Shown here: positions 19,055 through 29,224 of the stretch, in pieces
How positions within the stretch are numbered: the first letter of the stretch is position 1
How the letters are laid out: every line of letters begins with the position of its first letter
Source: an uncultured Alphaproteobacteria bacterium
GTDB lineage: Bacteria > Pseudomonadota > Alphaproteobacteria > SHVP01
Direction: 5' to 3'
DNA: 64,000 nucleotides
Assembly: GCA_964350495.1 (NCBI GenBank)
Contig: CAYGKG010000002.1
Span: 786-64,785, forward strand
Position numbers and translations under genes: made by a program
The notes under the pieces: generated by a model
The model's input: only the letters and a program-made list of their open reading frames with translations
The model's database searches: none
Told to the model about the DNA's origin: nothing

Positions 19055-20871
19055 ACCGCCGAGACCTCGCGAAGCCCCCCCACATTGAACTGAAGCTTCG
19101 CGAGCCGCGCGTACAGTCCGCCCTGAGCCATAAGCGAATCGTGGGTACCCTCGGCGACGATTTTCCCGCCGTCGACCACCACGATTCGATCCGCCTTCTG
19201 AACTGTCGCGAGGCGATGGGCAATGACGATGGTCGTGCGCCCTTCCATGAGGATTTCCAGGGCCGATTGGACCGCGCGTTCGCTCTCGGCATCGAGCGCA
19301 CTTGTCGCTTCATCGAGCAACAACAGCGCAGGATTGCGTAACAGCGCCCGCGCAATCGCGACTCTCTGCTTTTGTCCGCCCGATAGGGTGACACCGCGTT
19401 CGCCAAGTTGCGTCGCAAACCCTTCAGGAAGACGGTCGAGGAACTCGGTCGCCGACGCGGCATCGGCGGCGGCCCGAACTTCGTCATCACTCGCGTCGGG
19501 GCGACCGTAACGAATATTGTCCCAGGCATCCGCCCCGAAAATCACCGGATCTTGGGATACCAACCCAATGTTGGCGCGAAGATCGCGCGGATCGAGACGG
19601 ACATATTCAAGGCCGTCGAACGTCATGTGCCCGTCTGACGGATCGTAGAACCGCAGGAGCAATTGAAACACAGTCGTCTTCCCGGCACCGGACGGCCCAA
19701 CCAGGGCAACGGTTTCGCCCCCCGCCACATCGAGCGAGAAATCCGACAGCGCGGGGACCTCCGGCCGCATGGGATACCGGAACGAGACGCCGCGAAGTTC
19801 CACCGCGCCCCGTGCGGGACTAGGCAAGACAAGTGGGGACACCGGCGCCTTGATGTCGGGTTCGGCATTGAGGAGTTCGGACAACCGCTCCGCAGCACCA
19901 GCGGCCTTTTGCACATCGCCAAACACCTCAGACAGCGCCGCCACGGATCCGGCAGTAACGATCGCGTAAAAAACGAAGGCGCCAAGGTCGCCGCTGGTCA
20001 TGCTGCCATTCATCACTTGAATGGCGCCGATCCAGAGGACGCCAACAATAGAACCAAAGACCAGCAGGATGACCGACAGGGTCAGGAATGCGCGCGCCCT
20101 GATTTGATCCATGGCCGCGCGAAGCGCCGTTTCGACCTTGCCTCCAAACCTTGCGCGATCGACATCCTCATGCACGAACGCCTGAACGGTACGCACCTCA
20201 TTGATGCTTTCATCGGCAGCCGCGCTAACTGCACCAATGCGATCTTGAGTTTGGCGCGACAGGCGGCGCACTCGCCGGCCAAAGACCATCAGCGGCAGAA
20301 CGATGATTGGGACAGCAAGAATGATCAGTCCCGACAGTCGTGGGCTCGTTATGATCAGCATGATCAAGCCGCCGATGAGCAGCAGGATGTTCCGCAACGC
20401 CATCGATGCGCTGGCACCAACAATCGACTGAATGAGTGTTGTATCAGTCGTGATCCGCGACAGGATCTCACCGGTTTTGTTGCGCTCGAAGAACGCCGGG
20501 CTCAGGCCGATGACCCGGTCGTACACGGCGCGGCGCAGGTCGGCGACCACACGCTCGCCAAGCCACATGACAAGGTAGTAACGGCCGAACGTCCCCACCG
20601 CGATCACTGCAACGACGCCGAATAGAAGGAGGAAGGTCCGATTCACATCCGCCATTGAGTCGAAATTGTCGATCAAGAGCTGCAGGACGCGCCCGATACC
20701 GAGCGTTCCAACTGCGGCGGCGACTAAGGCGACTCCCGCGACCGCGGCCACGCGCCAGTAGGGGTAGGCGAATTCGAGCACCGAGCGGAGCTGCGCGAGA
20801 TCTCGGCTCTTAGGACGCTCCTCGGGGTTGTTGCCGATAGAGCCGCCATAGCTACTTGCCTGTCGCGCCAC
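19051..20871 (-). CDS. ABC transporter, fused permease/ATP-binding (MsbA-like exporter)
   Basis: N-terminal six-TM domain; GPSGAGKTT Walker A, LSGGQKQR signature, [11 protein letters not shown] Walker B. Confidence 0.9.
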   Translation of the reverse strand: MARQASSYGGSIGNNPEERPKSRDLAQLRSVLEFAYPYWRVAAVAGVALVAAAVGTLGIGRVLQLLIDNFDSMADVNRTFLLLFGVVAVIAVGTFGRYYLVMWLGERVVADLRRAVYDRVIGLSPAFFERNKTGEILSRITTDTTLIQSIVGASASMALRNILLLIGGLIMLIITSPRLSGLIILAVPIIVLPLMVFGRRVRRLSRQTQDRIGAVSAAADESINEVRTVQAFVHEDVDRARFGGKVETALRAAMDQIRARAFLTLSVILLVFGSIVGVLWIGAIQVMNGSMTSGDLGAFVFYAIVTAGSVAALSEVFGDVQKAAGAAERLSELLNAEPDIKAPVSPLVLPSPARGAVELRGVSFRYPMRPEVPALSDFSLDVAGGETVALVGPSGAGKTTVFQLLLRFYDPSDGHMTFDGLEYVRLDPRDLRANIGLVSQDPVIFGADAWDNIRYGRPDASDDEVRAAADAASATEFLDRLPEGFATQLGERGVTLSGGQKQRVAIARALLRNPALLLLDEATSALDAESERAVQSALEILMEGRTTIVIAHRLATVQKADRIVVVDGGKIVAEGTHDSLMAQGGLYARLAKLQFNVGGLREVSAV

Positions 20872-21019
20872 GTTTTTTCCTTATCGATCAATCGGTTCGG
20901 AGGCAAAGCATAGGGGAGCGGGGTCGCCGCAACAACAAGACCGGGACGCCCCCCAGAGTCGCAGTTGCCCTATGCGGCTGCGGTCTGCTATAAGCCCGGC
21001 CTTCGAGCGGAGAGAGATT

Positions 21020-21244
21020 ATGAAGCAGGACATTCATCCGGAATACCACGAGATCACCGTGGTCATGACCGATGGCACCGAATTCACGACACGGTCAACC
21101 TGGGGCGCCGCCGGCGACCGTATGACCCTCGACATCGACCCAAAATCCCATCCGGCGTGGACCGGCGGCAACCAACGCCTAGTTGATTCCGGCGGCCAGG
21201 TGGCGAAATTCAAGAAGCGGTTCGAGGGCTTCGGCATTAAATAG
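21020..21244 (+). CDS. rpmE: 50S ribosomal protein L31 (Cys-less type B)
   Basis: [27 protein letters not shown]...; no CxxC zinc motif. Confidence 0.9.
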   Translation: MKQDIHPEYHEITVVMTDGTEFTTRSTWGAAGDRMTLDIDPKSHPAWTGGNQRLVDSGGQVAKFKKRFEGFGIK

Positions 21245-21261
21245 GCTGGAAGCCCTTCCGT

Positions 21262-21290
21262 GCCACGCCGCCTCCGGGCGGCGTTTTCGT
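21262..21290 (+). terminator. Rho-independent terminator after rpmE
   Basis: GCCGCC-TCCG-GGCGGC hairpin followed by GTTTTCGTTT. Confidence 0.5.
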
Positions 21291-21297
21291 TTCTAGG

Positions 21298-21325
21298 TCT
21301 TGAACCGCTTTTTTTACTCCCCAAA
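21298..21325 (+). promoter_or_regulatory. Sigma32 (RpoH)-type heat-shock promoter for hsp20
   Basis: CTTGAA-N14-CCCCAAAT closely matches the TTGAAA-N13-15-CCCCATnT consensus. Confidence 0.45.
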
Positions 21326-21331
21326 TTTCTT

Positions 21332-21425
21332 CTAAGCCGAGCGCCCGACGGGCTCGGTGACATCGAGACCCGGCCATTTGGCGGGTCTATGAACACATTG
21401 CTTCAATGGAGGATGTGACGCTATG
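21332..21425 (+). promoter_or_regulatory. Candidate ROSE-like RNA thermometer in the hsp20 5' UTR
   Basis: An approximately 90-nt leader with hairpins CCGAGC...GCTCGG and GACCCG...CGGGTC; a UUGCU motif (21398-21402) sits just 5' of the GGAGG SD (21408-21412), which is inside an imperfect hairpin with the AUG. Confidence 0.35.
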
Positions 21426-21887
21426 CGTACGCAATTTCTGACACCCCTTTTGCGCTCTTCGATCGGATTCGACCGTGTCGATCAGATTCTCGATGCTGTC
21501 ACGCGGATGGACCACGCCAATACCGGTTATCCGCCCTACGACATCGAAAAGACCGGCGAGGACGACTATCGGCTGTCGATGGCAGTCGCTGGTTTTGACG
21601 AGAGCGAACTTGACGTCACCCAAGAGGCCGACGTCCTAATTATCCGCGGCAAAGCCCGCGATGAACAGGAGAAGAGTTCGTACCTCCATCGCGGGATTGC
21701 CCGCCGCGCCTTCGAACGCCGCTTTGAGCTTGCCGATTCGGTGCGCGTCACCGGTGCATCTCTCGTCAACGGGTTGCTGCATGTGGAGCTGATTCGTGAA
21801 ATTCCCGAAGCCCAGAAGCCCCGGCAGATCGAGATCGGCACGGGCAACGCCCCGTCAAAAGTGATCGAGCAAGCTCGCGCGGCCTGA
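21423..21887 (+). CDS. Hsp20/alpha-crystallin family small heat-shock protein
   Basis: Alpha-crystallin domain; IbpA-like length. Confidence 0.9.
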   Translation: MRTQFLTPLLRSSIGFDRVDQILDAVTRMDHANTGYPPYDIEKTGEDDYRLSMAVAGFDESELDVTQEADVLIIRGKARDEQEKSSYLHRGIARRAFERRFELADSVRVTGASLVNGLLHVELIREIPEAQKPRQIEIGTGNAPSKVIEQARAA

Positions 21888-21952
21888 CGATCCATTGCAC
21901 AACGCCGGCGCCGGCACACGCCGACGTCGGCGACTGCGCCGCCTACCCCGCC

Positions 21953-22390
21953 CTAGACGGCGATACGCTCTAAGGCCTCGCGCAACGCGTCGGATAGGGG
22001 CGTCGGTCGCAGTTCGGGCCGCCGCACGTAGACGTGGACAAAGTGCCCGGTCGCGGCAACGCTTTCGTCACCCACGCGAAACAACCCCACTTCGTATCGC
22101 ACACTTGACGTGCCGATCTTGGCGACCCTGAGGCCGGCGTCGATCACATCGGGAAAGCGCAACGGCCGATGGTATCGGCAGCAGGTTTCAACAACGAAAC
22201 CAACCACATCGCCGGACTCGTAATCCAAAACGCCTGCACTCATCAGATACTCGTTCACGACTGTGTCGAAGAACGAGTAGTAGTTGACGTTGTTCACGTG
22301 TTGGTAGACATCGTTATCCATCCAGCGCGTGGGGATCTCCAGGAACCGTCGGTAATTCCCTCGAACCTCTTCCTTAGGCGCAACGTTCAC
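21953..22390 (-). CDS. Acyl-CoA thioesterase (hotdog fold); the ORF is open to 22450 but probably starts at the GTG near 22390
   Basis: EIPTRWMDNDVYQHVNNVNYYSFFD is the thioesterase N-terminal motif. The longer start would overlap the DUF1192 gene. Confidence 0.7.
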   Translation of the reverse strand: MNVAPKEEVRGNYRRFLEIPTRWMDNDVYQHVNNVNYYSFFDTVVNEYLMSAGVLDYESGDVVGFVVETCCRYHRPLRFPDVIDAGLRVAKIGTSSVRYEVGLFRVGDESVAATGHFVHVYVRRPELRPTPLSDALREALERIAV

Positions 22391-22397
22391 TCCAGCC

Positions 22398-22592
22398 TCA
22401 TGTCTTGAAAACAGATGCCGCGGTGCCGCGGGCTTTCTCTTTGCTGCCAATCACCGCTCGGGCCCGCGCAATCGCGGCTTCGAGTTCTTCGATATACTCG
22501 CCGAGCTCTTCGATCGACATTTCCTCGAGCACCGGGGGGGGCAATTTGTTCTTCTTCGGCGGTTCGAGATCGTCCGTGTCCATCGCTACCAA
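22398..22592 (-). CDS. DUF1192 family small protein
   Basis: DLEPPKK...LEEMSIEELGEYIEELEAAIARARAVI is the typical DUF1192 sequence. Confidence 0.6.
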   Translation of the reverse strand: MVAMDTDDLEPPKKNKLPPPVLEEMSIEELGEYIEELEAAIARARAVIGSKEKARGTAASVFKT

Positions 22593-22696
22593 CTCTCTAC
22601 TGGCCTTGTCAGATCGAGGCCGATCATACTAGACCACGATCAGGCTTCTAGGCCGCTCAACCGCGAGTCGGTAACGCCATAGTAAGGACGACACTA

Positions 22697-23692
22697 ATGA
22701 CCCTTCCCGACAATATGACTGTGATCGAAATCAGCGCGCCAGGCCCTTCCGACGTCCTCAAACCCGTCACCCGTTCCATCGACCGACCGGGGGCGGGAGA
22801 AATCTTGATCAAAGTCGCCGCCGCGGGCATCAACCGTCCGGATGTTTTCCAACGCAAGGGTGCATACCCGCCGCCGCCCGGCGCGTCCGACATTCCCGGT
22901 CTCGAGGTGTCGGGAACCGTGGCGGCCGTCGGCACCGGGGTCGAAAGCTGGAAGATTGGCGACGCCGTGTGCGCCCTCGTTACCGGCGGCGGTTACGCCG
23001 AGTATTGCCTAGCGCCGGCCGCCCAAACCCTCCCCGTTCCACGCGGAATGGACCTGGCGGACGCCGCGGCCCTGCCCGAGACCTTTTTTACGGTGTGGAC
23101 CAACGTGTTCGACCGGGCGGCGCTGCAGCCGGGAGAAAGCCTTTTGGTGCACGGCGGGTCGTCGGGCATCGGGACGACGGCCATACAACTCGCCAAGAAT
23201 CTCGGCGCAACGGTCTATGCGACGGCTGGCTCGGCGGAGAAGTGTGCGTTGTGCGTCTCCCTCGGGGCGAGTGAGGCAATCAACTACAAAGACGTCGACT
23301 TTGAGGAGGCGATGCGGTCGTCAACCGGAGGCCGCGGCGTCGATGTTGTCCTGGATATGGTCGGCGGCGACTACATTCCCAAGAATCTTCGATTGCTCGC
23401 ACCCGAAGGCCGTCTCGTATTCATCGCGTTTCTGAAGGGATCGAAGGCTGAAGTCGATTTCAGCCGGGTCATGCGCAATCGCCTACAGATCCTTGGATCG
23501 ACCTTGCGCCCACAGTCGATCGAGGCGAAGGGAAAAATCGCCAAGGAACTCCGCACCAGGGTCTGGCCGCTGCTGGAATCGGGTGCGATTCGACCTATTA
23601 TCGACACTCGGTTCCCCCTGGCGCAAGCGGCCGACGCCCACGCCCTCATGGAAACCAGCACCCATATGGGTAAGATTCTGTTGACCGTTTAG
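22697..23692 (+). CDS. NAD(P)H:quinone oxidoreductase (zinc-type ADH superfamily, Qor)
   Basis: MDR family; LVHGGSSGIGTTAIQLAK Rossmann motif. Confidence 0.9.
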   Translation: MTLPDNMTVIEISAPGPSDVLKPVTRSIDRPGAGEILIKVAAAGINRPDVFQRKGAYPPPPGASDIPGLEVSGTVAAVGTGVESWKIGDAVCALVTGGGYAEYCLAPAAQTLPVPRGMDLADAAALPETFFTVWTNVFDRAALQPGESLLVHGGSSGIGTTAIQLAKNLGATVYATAGSAEKCALCVSLGASEAINYKDVDFEEAMRSSTGGRGVDVVLDMVGGDYIPKNLRLLAPEGRLVFIAFLKGSKAEVDFSRVMRNRLQILGSTLRPQSIEAKGKIAKELRTRVWPLLESGAIRPIIDTRFPLAQAADAHALMETSTHMGKILLTV

Positions 23693-23831
23693 AGACGGTT
23701 TTCCGCAAGAAATCGGGTGGTTTGCCTCAACCGCAATCCACCCTATATTAGGGTCAGGCTGCGTCCTACCTACCGTAAAACAACCGAGTAATCGAGCGGG
23801 CGCCTGAACGGCGATCGCGAAGGGTTTTGAA

Positions 23832-24608
23832 ATGCCTCATCCGCTTATGCCTAAGGCCACGGCGGTCTGGCTGGTCGACAACACGTCGCTAAGCTTTGAC
23901 CAAATTGCTGATTTCTGCGGTTTACATGCCCTGGAGGTCCAGGGGATTGCCGACGGTGAAGTCGCGATAGGCATCGTTGGCCGCGATCCGATAGCGAACG
24001 GCGAACTAACCCGCGACGAGTTGGATCGCTGTCAGGCCGACCGTACCGCCCGTCTGGTCATGCTCGAACCTGAGATTGAAATGCAACAGCGTCGGCCAGG
24101 GCCGAAGTACACGCCGCTGTCGAAACGGCAGAACCGCCCGGACGCGATCGCTTGGTTAATAAAATTCCACCCTGAACTGACCGATGCCCAGGTCTGTCAG
24201 TTGGTGGGGACAACCAAACCTACCGTCGTTTCGGTGCGCGACCGCAGCCACTGGAACACCCCGAACCTCAAGCCCCAAGATCCAGTCAGCCTGGGTATGT
24301 GTTCGCAGACGGAACTGGATTCCGCAGTCCAGGCGGCAGCGCAACGCCTCCAGCGTAAGGAGGACCGCGAGCGCCGCGCGGCGGCGAAGGTTGCCAAGGA
24401 AAAGCAGGCGGCGCTTGATGCGGCCCAAGAAGCTCGTGCGGCGGTTGCAGCAGCGGGCGCAAACAAGGAACCTGATTCGACCGAAAGCGTTGACGAGGCC
24501 GCGATCGAAGACGTTCCGGACACAGCCCTTGGCGCAGCTTTAGCGCGGGCCGGAGTCGCACCCACGGAATCCGGTTCGGGTAGCGAGAACTCCGGCAACG
24601 ACTCCTAG
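23832..24608 (+). CDS. DUF1013 domain protein
   Basis: MPHPLMPKATAVWLVDNTSLSFDQIADFCGLHALEVQGIADGEVA is the hallmark DUF1013 N-terminus; low-complexity acidic C-terminus. Confidence 0.8.
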   Translation: MPHPLMPKATAVWLVDNTSLSFDQIADFCGLHALEVQGIADGEVAIGIVGRDPIANGELTRDELDRCQADRTARLVMLEPEIEMQQRRPGPKYTPLSKRQNRPDAIAWLIKFHPELTDAQVCQLVGTTKPTVVSVRDRSHWNTPNLKPQDPVSLGMCSQTELDSAVQAAAQRLQRKEDRERRAAAKVAKEKQAALDAAQEARAAVAAAGANKEPDSTESVDEAAIEDVPDTALGAALARAGVAPTESGSGSENSGNDS

Positions 24609-26506
24609 TCGGCGGCACCGAGACCCGCGCGACGCAAGGCATCGGCCACAATATCGAGGGTCGCGGGGTCCTCGATCGTCGCGGGCATCGCCCACGGCTC
24701 GGCGTCGGCGATCCGTCGCATGGTTGCCCGGAGGATCTTGCCACTCCGCGTCTTCGGCAATTGAGACACGACGATTGCGGTCTTGAACGCCGCGACAGGC
24801 CCGATCTTGTTGCGCACTTCTTGCACAAGCTCCGCCGAGAGCTGTTCTACGGGTCTTTCGGTGCCGGTGTTGAGGACGACCAACCCAACGGGCACTTGCC
24901 CCTTTAGCGAATCCTTGATGCCAATGACGGCGCATTCTGCGACATCGGGATGTGCCGCGAGAACCTCCTCGATCGCGCCTGTCGACAGGCGGTGCCCGGC
25001 GATGTTAATCACATCGTCGGTTCGACTCATGATGTAGAGGTAGCCCTCCTCGTCCAGGTAGCCAGCATCGCCTGTCTTATAGAACCCGGGAAAATCGCGG
25101 ATGTAAGCGTCAAGGAAACCTTCATCGTTGTTCCACAGGGTCAGAAGGCTTGCCGGCGGTAGCGGCAGTTTGACCGCGATCGAGCCATCTACACCGGCCG
25201 CAACCGGGACGCCGTCCGACCCGAGAATGGCAATCTCGTTACCGGGCGTCGCTTTCGTGGGCGATCCGTACTTCACCGGCAGCATCCCAAGGCCGACACA
25301 GTTCGCCGCCATTGCCCAGGCCGTCTCGGTTTGCCACCAATGGTCGACGACAGGTTTCTTGAGCTTTTCCTCGGCCCATTGAACGGTATCCGGGTCGGCG
25401 CGCTCGCCCGCCAGAAAAAGGGTTCTGAAGCCTGACAGGTCGTAGCGACCAATCAACGCACCATCGGGATCTTCACGGCGGATCGCCCTGAACGACGTCG
25501 GCGCGGTGAACAAAGCCGCGACGTTATGCTCGGCGATGATCCGCCAATAGACGCCGGCGTCAGGTGTACCGATCGGCTTACCCTCAAAGAGCACCGAGGT
25601 GCAGCCGTGCAAAAGCGGGGCGTAGACGATGTAGGAGTGCCCAACCACCCAACCGACGTCCGATGCCGCCCAGAAACACTCGCCAGGATCGACGCCGTAA
25701 ACGCCCGACATGCTCCACTTGAGCGCCACCATGTGTCCGGCATTGTCGCGCACGACGCCCTTGGGCCGACCGGTAGAGCCCGAGGTATAGAGGATGTACA
25801 AGGGATCATTGGCGCCGACTGGAACACACTCCACCGCAGGGGCACGGTCTTCGAGGTCATGCCAGTCCAGGTCGCGTCCTTTTTCAAGCGTCGCGATCTT
25901 CTGCTCGCGCTGGAGGACAATGACGTTATTGGGCTTGTGCTTCGCCAATCGAATCGCCTCGTCGAGGAGCGGTTTGTAAGCGACGACGCGGCTGGGTTCG
26001 ATCCCACAGCTCGCCGATACGACGACCTTTGGTGTGCAATCGTCGATACGTGTAGCGAGCTCCGCAGCAGCAAACCCTCCAAACACCACCGAGTGCACCG
26101 CGCCAATCCGGGCGCAGGCGAGCATCGCGATGACTGCCTCGGGTACCGCAGGCATATAGACAATGACCCGATCCCCTTTTTCCACGCCAAGGCCACTGAG
26201 GGCCCCGGCAAAACGCGCAACCCGATCGCGCAATTCGCGGTAGGTCAGCCGCGCGATCGATCCGGTGACCGGCGAATCGTGGATCAGGGCAAATTGCGCG
26301 CCGCGGCCGGCGGCAACATGCCGGTCGAGGGCGTTGTAGCAGGTATTGACCTGGCCGCCGGGGAACCATCGATAGAACGGAGGCCGCTCGGCATCGAGGA
26401 CCCGGTCCCACTTCTTGAACCATTCGATGCCTTGGGCTTGTTCCGCCCAAAACTCTTCCGGCGCGGCTTGCCACGCGGTGTACACGTCGGAATATGAACT
26501 GGTCAT
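24605..26506 (-). CDS. Propionate--CoA / acetate--CoA ligase family (AMP-forming)
   Basis: MTSSYSDVYTAWQAAPEEFW...; YTSGSTGRPKG AMP-binding motif. The ORF is open to 26569. Confidence 0.85.
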   Translation of the reverse strand: MTSSYSDVYTAWQAAPEEFWAEQAQGIEWFKKWDRVLDAERPPFYRWFPGGQVNTCYNALDRHVAAGRGAQFALIHDSPVTGSIARLTYRELRDRVARFAGALSGLGVEKGDRVIVYMPAVPEAVIAMLACARIGAVHSVVFGGFAAAELATRIDDCTPKVVVSASCGIEPSRVVAYKPLLDEAIRLAKHKPNNVIVLQREQKIATLEKGRDLDWHDLEDRAPAVECVPVGANDPLYILYTSGSTGRPKGVVRDNAGHMVALKWSMSGVYGVDPGECFWAASDVGWVVGHSYIVYAPLLHGCTSVLFEGKPIGTPDAGVYWRIIAEHNVAALFTAPTSFRAIRREDPDGALIGRYDLSGFRTLFLAGERADPDTVQWAEEKLKKPVVDHWWQTETAWAMAANCVGLGMLPVKYGSPTKATPGNEIAILGSDGVPVAAGVDGSIAVKLPLPPASLLTLWNNDEGFLDAYIRDFPGFYKTGDAGYLDEEGYLYIMSRTDDVINIAGHRLSTGAIEEVLAAHPDVAECAVIGIKDSLKGQVPVGLVVLNTGTERPVEQLSAELVQEVRNKIGPVAAFKTAIVVSQLPKTRSGKILRATMRRIADAEPWAMPATIEDPATLDIVADALRRAGLGAAD

Positions 26507-26626
26507 GTCGCCCCCACTCTTGGGCGCGCATGATCTTCGCTTGCCGGCGTTTTGGCAACGGTCCGGCATTGATCGGCTAGCGACACATCGACTAGTGTTC
26601 GCGGCCTGGGAGCGAAATCATTCGAT

Positions 26627-28249
26627 ATGGCTGCAAACAAATACGACGAAGGGCTCGCGCGAAATTCAGCAAACTACGCGCCGCTGAGCCCGCTGACGTT
26701 TCTGCGCCGCGCGGCCGCAGTATTTCCGGATCGTATCGCCATCATTCACGGCGACCGCCGCACGACATACCGAGATTTCTATCGTCGGTGCCGACAACTC
26801 GCGAGCGCCCTTAAGCAAGCCGGCGTTAGCAAAGGCGATACCGTTGCCATCATGGCACCGAACATTCCGGCAATGTTGGAAGCGCACTACGGCGTTCCGA
26901 TGCTCGGCGCCGTCCTCAACACCTTGAACACCCGGCTTGACGCCAAGGCGATCGCCTTCACCCTGGATCACGGCGAAGCAAAGTTTCTCTTAACCGACCG
27001 CGAATATAGCACGACGATCGAGGCCGCCATTGCCGACCTACCGGCGCCGCCGCGCGTGATCGATATCGACGACCACCTCGCCGTTGATGGACGTTTGATC
27101 GGCGAGACCGATTACGAATCGTTCATCGCCGCAGGGGATCCGGATTTCGAATGGGGCCTGCCAGCGGACGAATGGGACGCTATTTCGCTCAACTACACGT
27201 CCGGAACAACCGGAAACCCAAAAGGGGTCGTCTATCATCATCGCGGCGCTTACCTCCTTGCCACCGGCAATATCCTCGCGTGGCACATGCCCGCGCATCC
27301 TGTGTACCTCTGGACGTTGCCGATGTTCCACTGCAACGGCTGGTGTTTTACTTGGTCGCTGAGCATTAACGCCGGCACCCATGTCTGTCTGAGACGGGTC
27401 GAGGCAAAAGCCATTTTCGAGGCCATCGGGCAGCACGGCGTTACGCACCTTTGCGGCGCACCGATCGTGATGAACATGATCGCCTCAGCGGCGGCAGATC
27501 ATCCGGGATTTGGCCGAACGATCGAGATTGCGACCGCCGCTGCACCGCCCCCGGCGGCCGTAATCGGAAAGATGGAACAGTCCGGCTTTCACGTGACGCA
27601 TCTATACGGCCTCACAGAGACTTACGGCCCTGCGGTTGTCAGCGAATGGAATGAATCTTGGGACACGCTTTCCTTGGAAGAGCGCGCCGCTATGAAATCG
27701 CGCCAGGGCGTGACCTACCAAGTCCTGGAAGACATCATGGTCGCCGATCCCGATACGCTCGTTGCGGTCCCGGCGGACGGCGAAACGATGGGCGAAGTCT
27801 TCTTTCGCGGCAATGTCGTGATGAAAGGATATCTCAAGAATATCAAGGCGACCGGCGAGGCATTTCGCGGCGGTTGGTTCCACTCCGGCGATCTCGGCGT
27901 TATGCATGAAGACGGCTACCTGGAACTCAAGGACCGGTCCAAAGACATCATCATTTCAGGCGGCGAGAACATCTCGACCATCGAAGTCGAAAACGCAATC
28001 TATGGTCATCCGTCCGTGCTCGAAGCGGCGGTTGTGGCCCGACCGGACGATACGTGGGGCGAAACACCTTGTGCATTTGTTGCGCTGCGCCCGGGCAAAA
28101 CCGCAACGGCGCAGGAAATCATCGATTTCTGCCGCGAGCGGATGGCCCACTTCAAGGCGCCGCGGACCGTCGTCTTTACTGAACTACCGAAAACGTCGAC
28201 CGGGAAAGTTCAAAAATTCAAACTACGCGAGATGGCCCGCAATCTTTAG
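26627..28249 (+). CDS. Acyl-CoA synthetase (AMP-dependent synthetase/ligase; medium/long-chain type)
   Basis: YTSGTTGNPKGV, GWFHSGDLG and PKTSTGKVQKF motifs. Confidence 0.85.
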   Translation: MAANKYDEGLARNSANYAPLSPLTFLRRAAAVFPDRIAIIHGDRRTTYRDFYRRCRQLASALKQAGVSKGDTVAIMAPNIPAMLEAHYGVPMLGAVLNTLNTRLDAKAIAFTLDHGEAKFLLTDREYSTTIEAAIADLPAPPRVIDIDDHLAVDGRLIGETDYESFIAAGDPDFEWGLPADEWDAISLNYTSGTTGNPKGVVYHHRGAYLLATGNILAWHMPAHPVYLWTLPMFHCNGWCFTWSLSINAGTHVCLRRVEAKAIFEAIGQHGVTHLCGAPIVMNMIASAAADHPGFGRTIEIATAAAPPPAAVIGKMEQSGFHVTHLYGLTETYGPAVVSEWNESWDTLSLEERAAMKSRQGVTYQVLEDIMVADPDTLVAVPADGETMGEVFFRGNVVMKGYLKNIKATGEAFRGGWFHSGDLGVMHEDGYLELKDRSKDIIISGGENISTIEVENAIYGHPSVLEAAVVARPDDTWGETPCAFVALRPGKTATAQEIIDFCRERMAHFKAPRTVVFTELPKTSTGKVQKFKLREMARNL

Positions 28250-28425
28250 TGCGGGCGGTTCTCAAGCAGAGCAATTTGGTCCTTTAGCTGGAGCTTCTCT
28301 TTTTTGAGCGTCGCAATCCGCTCTTCGTCCGGAAGATTCCGCTTTTCTTCCTTCCAAATGATTTTGTCCAAGTCGTGGTGTTTGGCCTTTAACGCCTCGA
28401 TATCCACCGTTGCCAAATCGTTCAT
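28246..28425 (-). CDS. DUF465 (YdcH-like) small protein, 59 aa
   Basis: MNDLATVDIEALKAKHHDLDKIIWKEEKRNLPDEERIATLKKEKLQLKDQIALLENRPH. Below the ORF-track size cutoff. Confidence 0.55.
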   Translation of the reverse strand: MNDLATVDIEALKAKHHDLDKIIWKEEKRNLPDEERIATLKKEKLQLKDQIALLENRPH

Positions 28426-28495
28426 CTAGCACCTCCGTTAGATCGCCAAATCATAGTGCAACGGCGGGCAAAACTGAACCCTTTCCGAGGAACTG

Positions 28496-28990
28496 CTAGC
28501 CCGGCACGGCGGTCAACAACGATCGTTTTTGTTGGCTAAACCGATGGGGGGGAACACCAAGAATCTCCAAGTAGGCCGCGAGGTTAGCCTCCACCGGAGG
28601 AACGCCCCCTTTTTTTTGAGCGCCAGATCCCAGCGTTTCGAGAAATTCCAATTCGCTCCTTTCCGCGTCCAATTCGAGAGCTTTCACCTGCGATCCGATC
28701 CTGCCTGTAGCCGCCTCAACGCCGGGAGGGAAGTCGGCCAACCTCTTGAGCGCGCGCCGCACGGCACGAAGGGGGGCAACAACGCGCTGCTGCCATGGGG
28801 CGACTGCCAACACGGCGGCCTCGTAGTCCGCTCGCGATAGACGCCATCCACGGGCGCCAGCCCACAGTCCGAATATTAGGACCGGGACGTCGGCACCAAA
28901 CGAGTCCTGAAGCTCCAAACACGCCGCTTCAACGCCAGGGCGATCGTAGACGCGAACCGCAAAATTCCACAGCGACTCTTCGGCCGTCAA
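28496..28990 (-). CDS. TIGR02444/DUF2390 family protein
   Basis: SLWNFAVRVYDRPGVEAACLELQDSFGADVPVLIFGLW is the typical family N-terminus. Confidence 0.6.
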   Translation of the reverse strand: MTAEESLWNFAVRVYDRPGVEAACLELQDSFGADVPVLIFGLWAGARGWRLSRADYEAAVLAVAPWQQRVVAPLRAVRRALKRLADFPPGVEAATGRIGSQVKALELDAERSELEFLETLGSGAQKKGGVPPVEANLAAYLEILGVPPHRFSQQKRSLLTAVPG

Positions 28991-29011
28991 ATTGAGACCT
29001 GCACGACCCGC

Positions 29012-29224
29012 ATGCTACGTTCGCTCATGGGATTGGAGCTCCTTCGCCAGCAACTCGTCGCTTTGAAAACGGAACATCGCGATCTCGATGCAGCCGTCGA
29101 CGTGCTCCTCGAGCATACGCCCTTCGACAGTTTGAAATTGCAGCGGCTCAAGAAACGAAAACTGGCATTGAAGGATCAGATCGCACGGCTGGAAGACCAG
29201 CTGTACCCGGACATCATTGCCTAG
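29012..29224 (+). CDS. DUF465 (YdcH-like) small protein
   Basis: ...LKTEHRDLDAAVDVLLEHTPFDSLKLQRLKKRKLALKDQIARLEDQLYPDIIA. Confidence 0.6.
   Translation: MLRSLMGLELLRQQLVALKTEHRDLDAAVDVLLEHTPFDSLKLQRLKKRKLALKDQIARLEDQLYPDIIA

Noticed and set aside
19663-20625. 320-aa plus-strand ORF
   Set aside because: Antisense to the ABC exporter, which has unmistakable Walker A/B and signature motifs.
23693-23831. Possible CtrA box (TAAA-N7-AGTAA) upstream of the DUF1013 gene
   Set aside because: The half-sites deviate from TTAA-N7-TTAA; the match is too weak to call without a PWM scan.
25453-26497. 255-aa (minus) and 323-aa (plus) ORFs inside the acyl-CoA synthetase gene
   Set aside because: Alternative-frame and antisense shadows of the 24605-26506 AMP-forming ligase.
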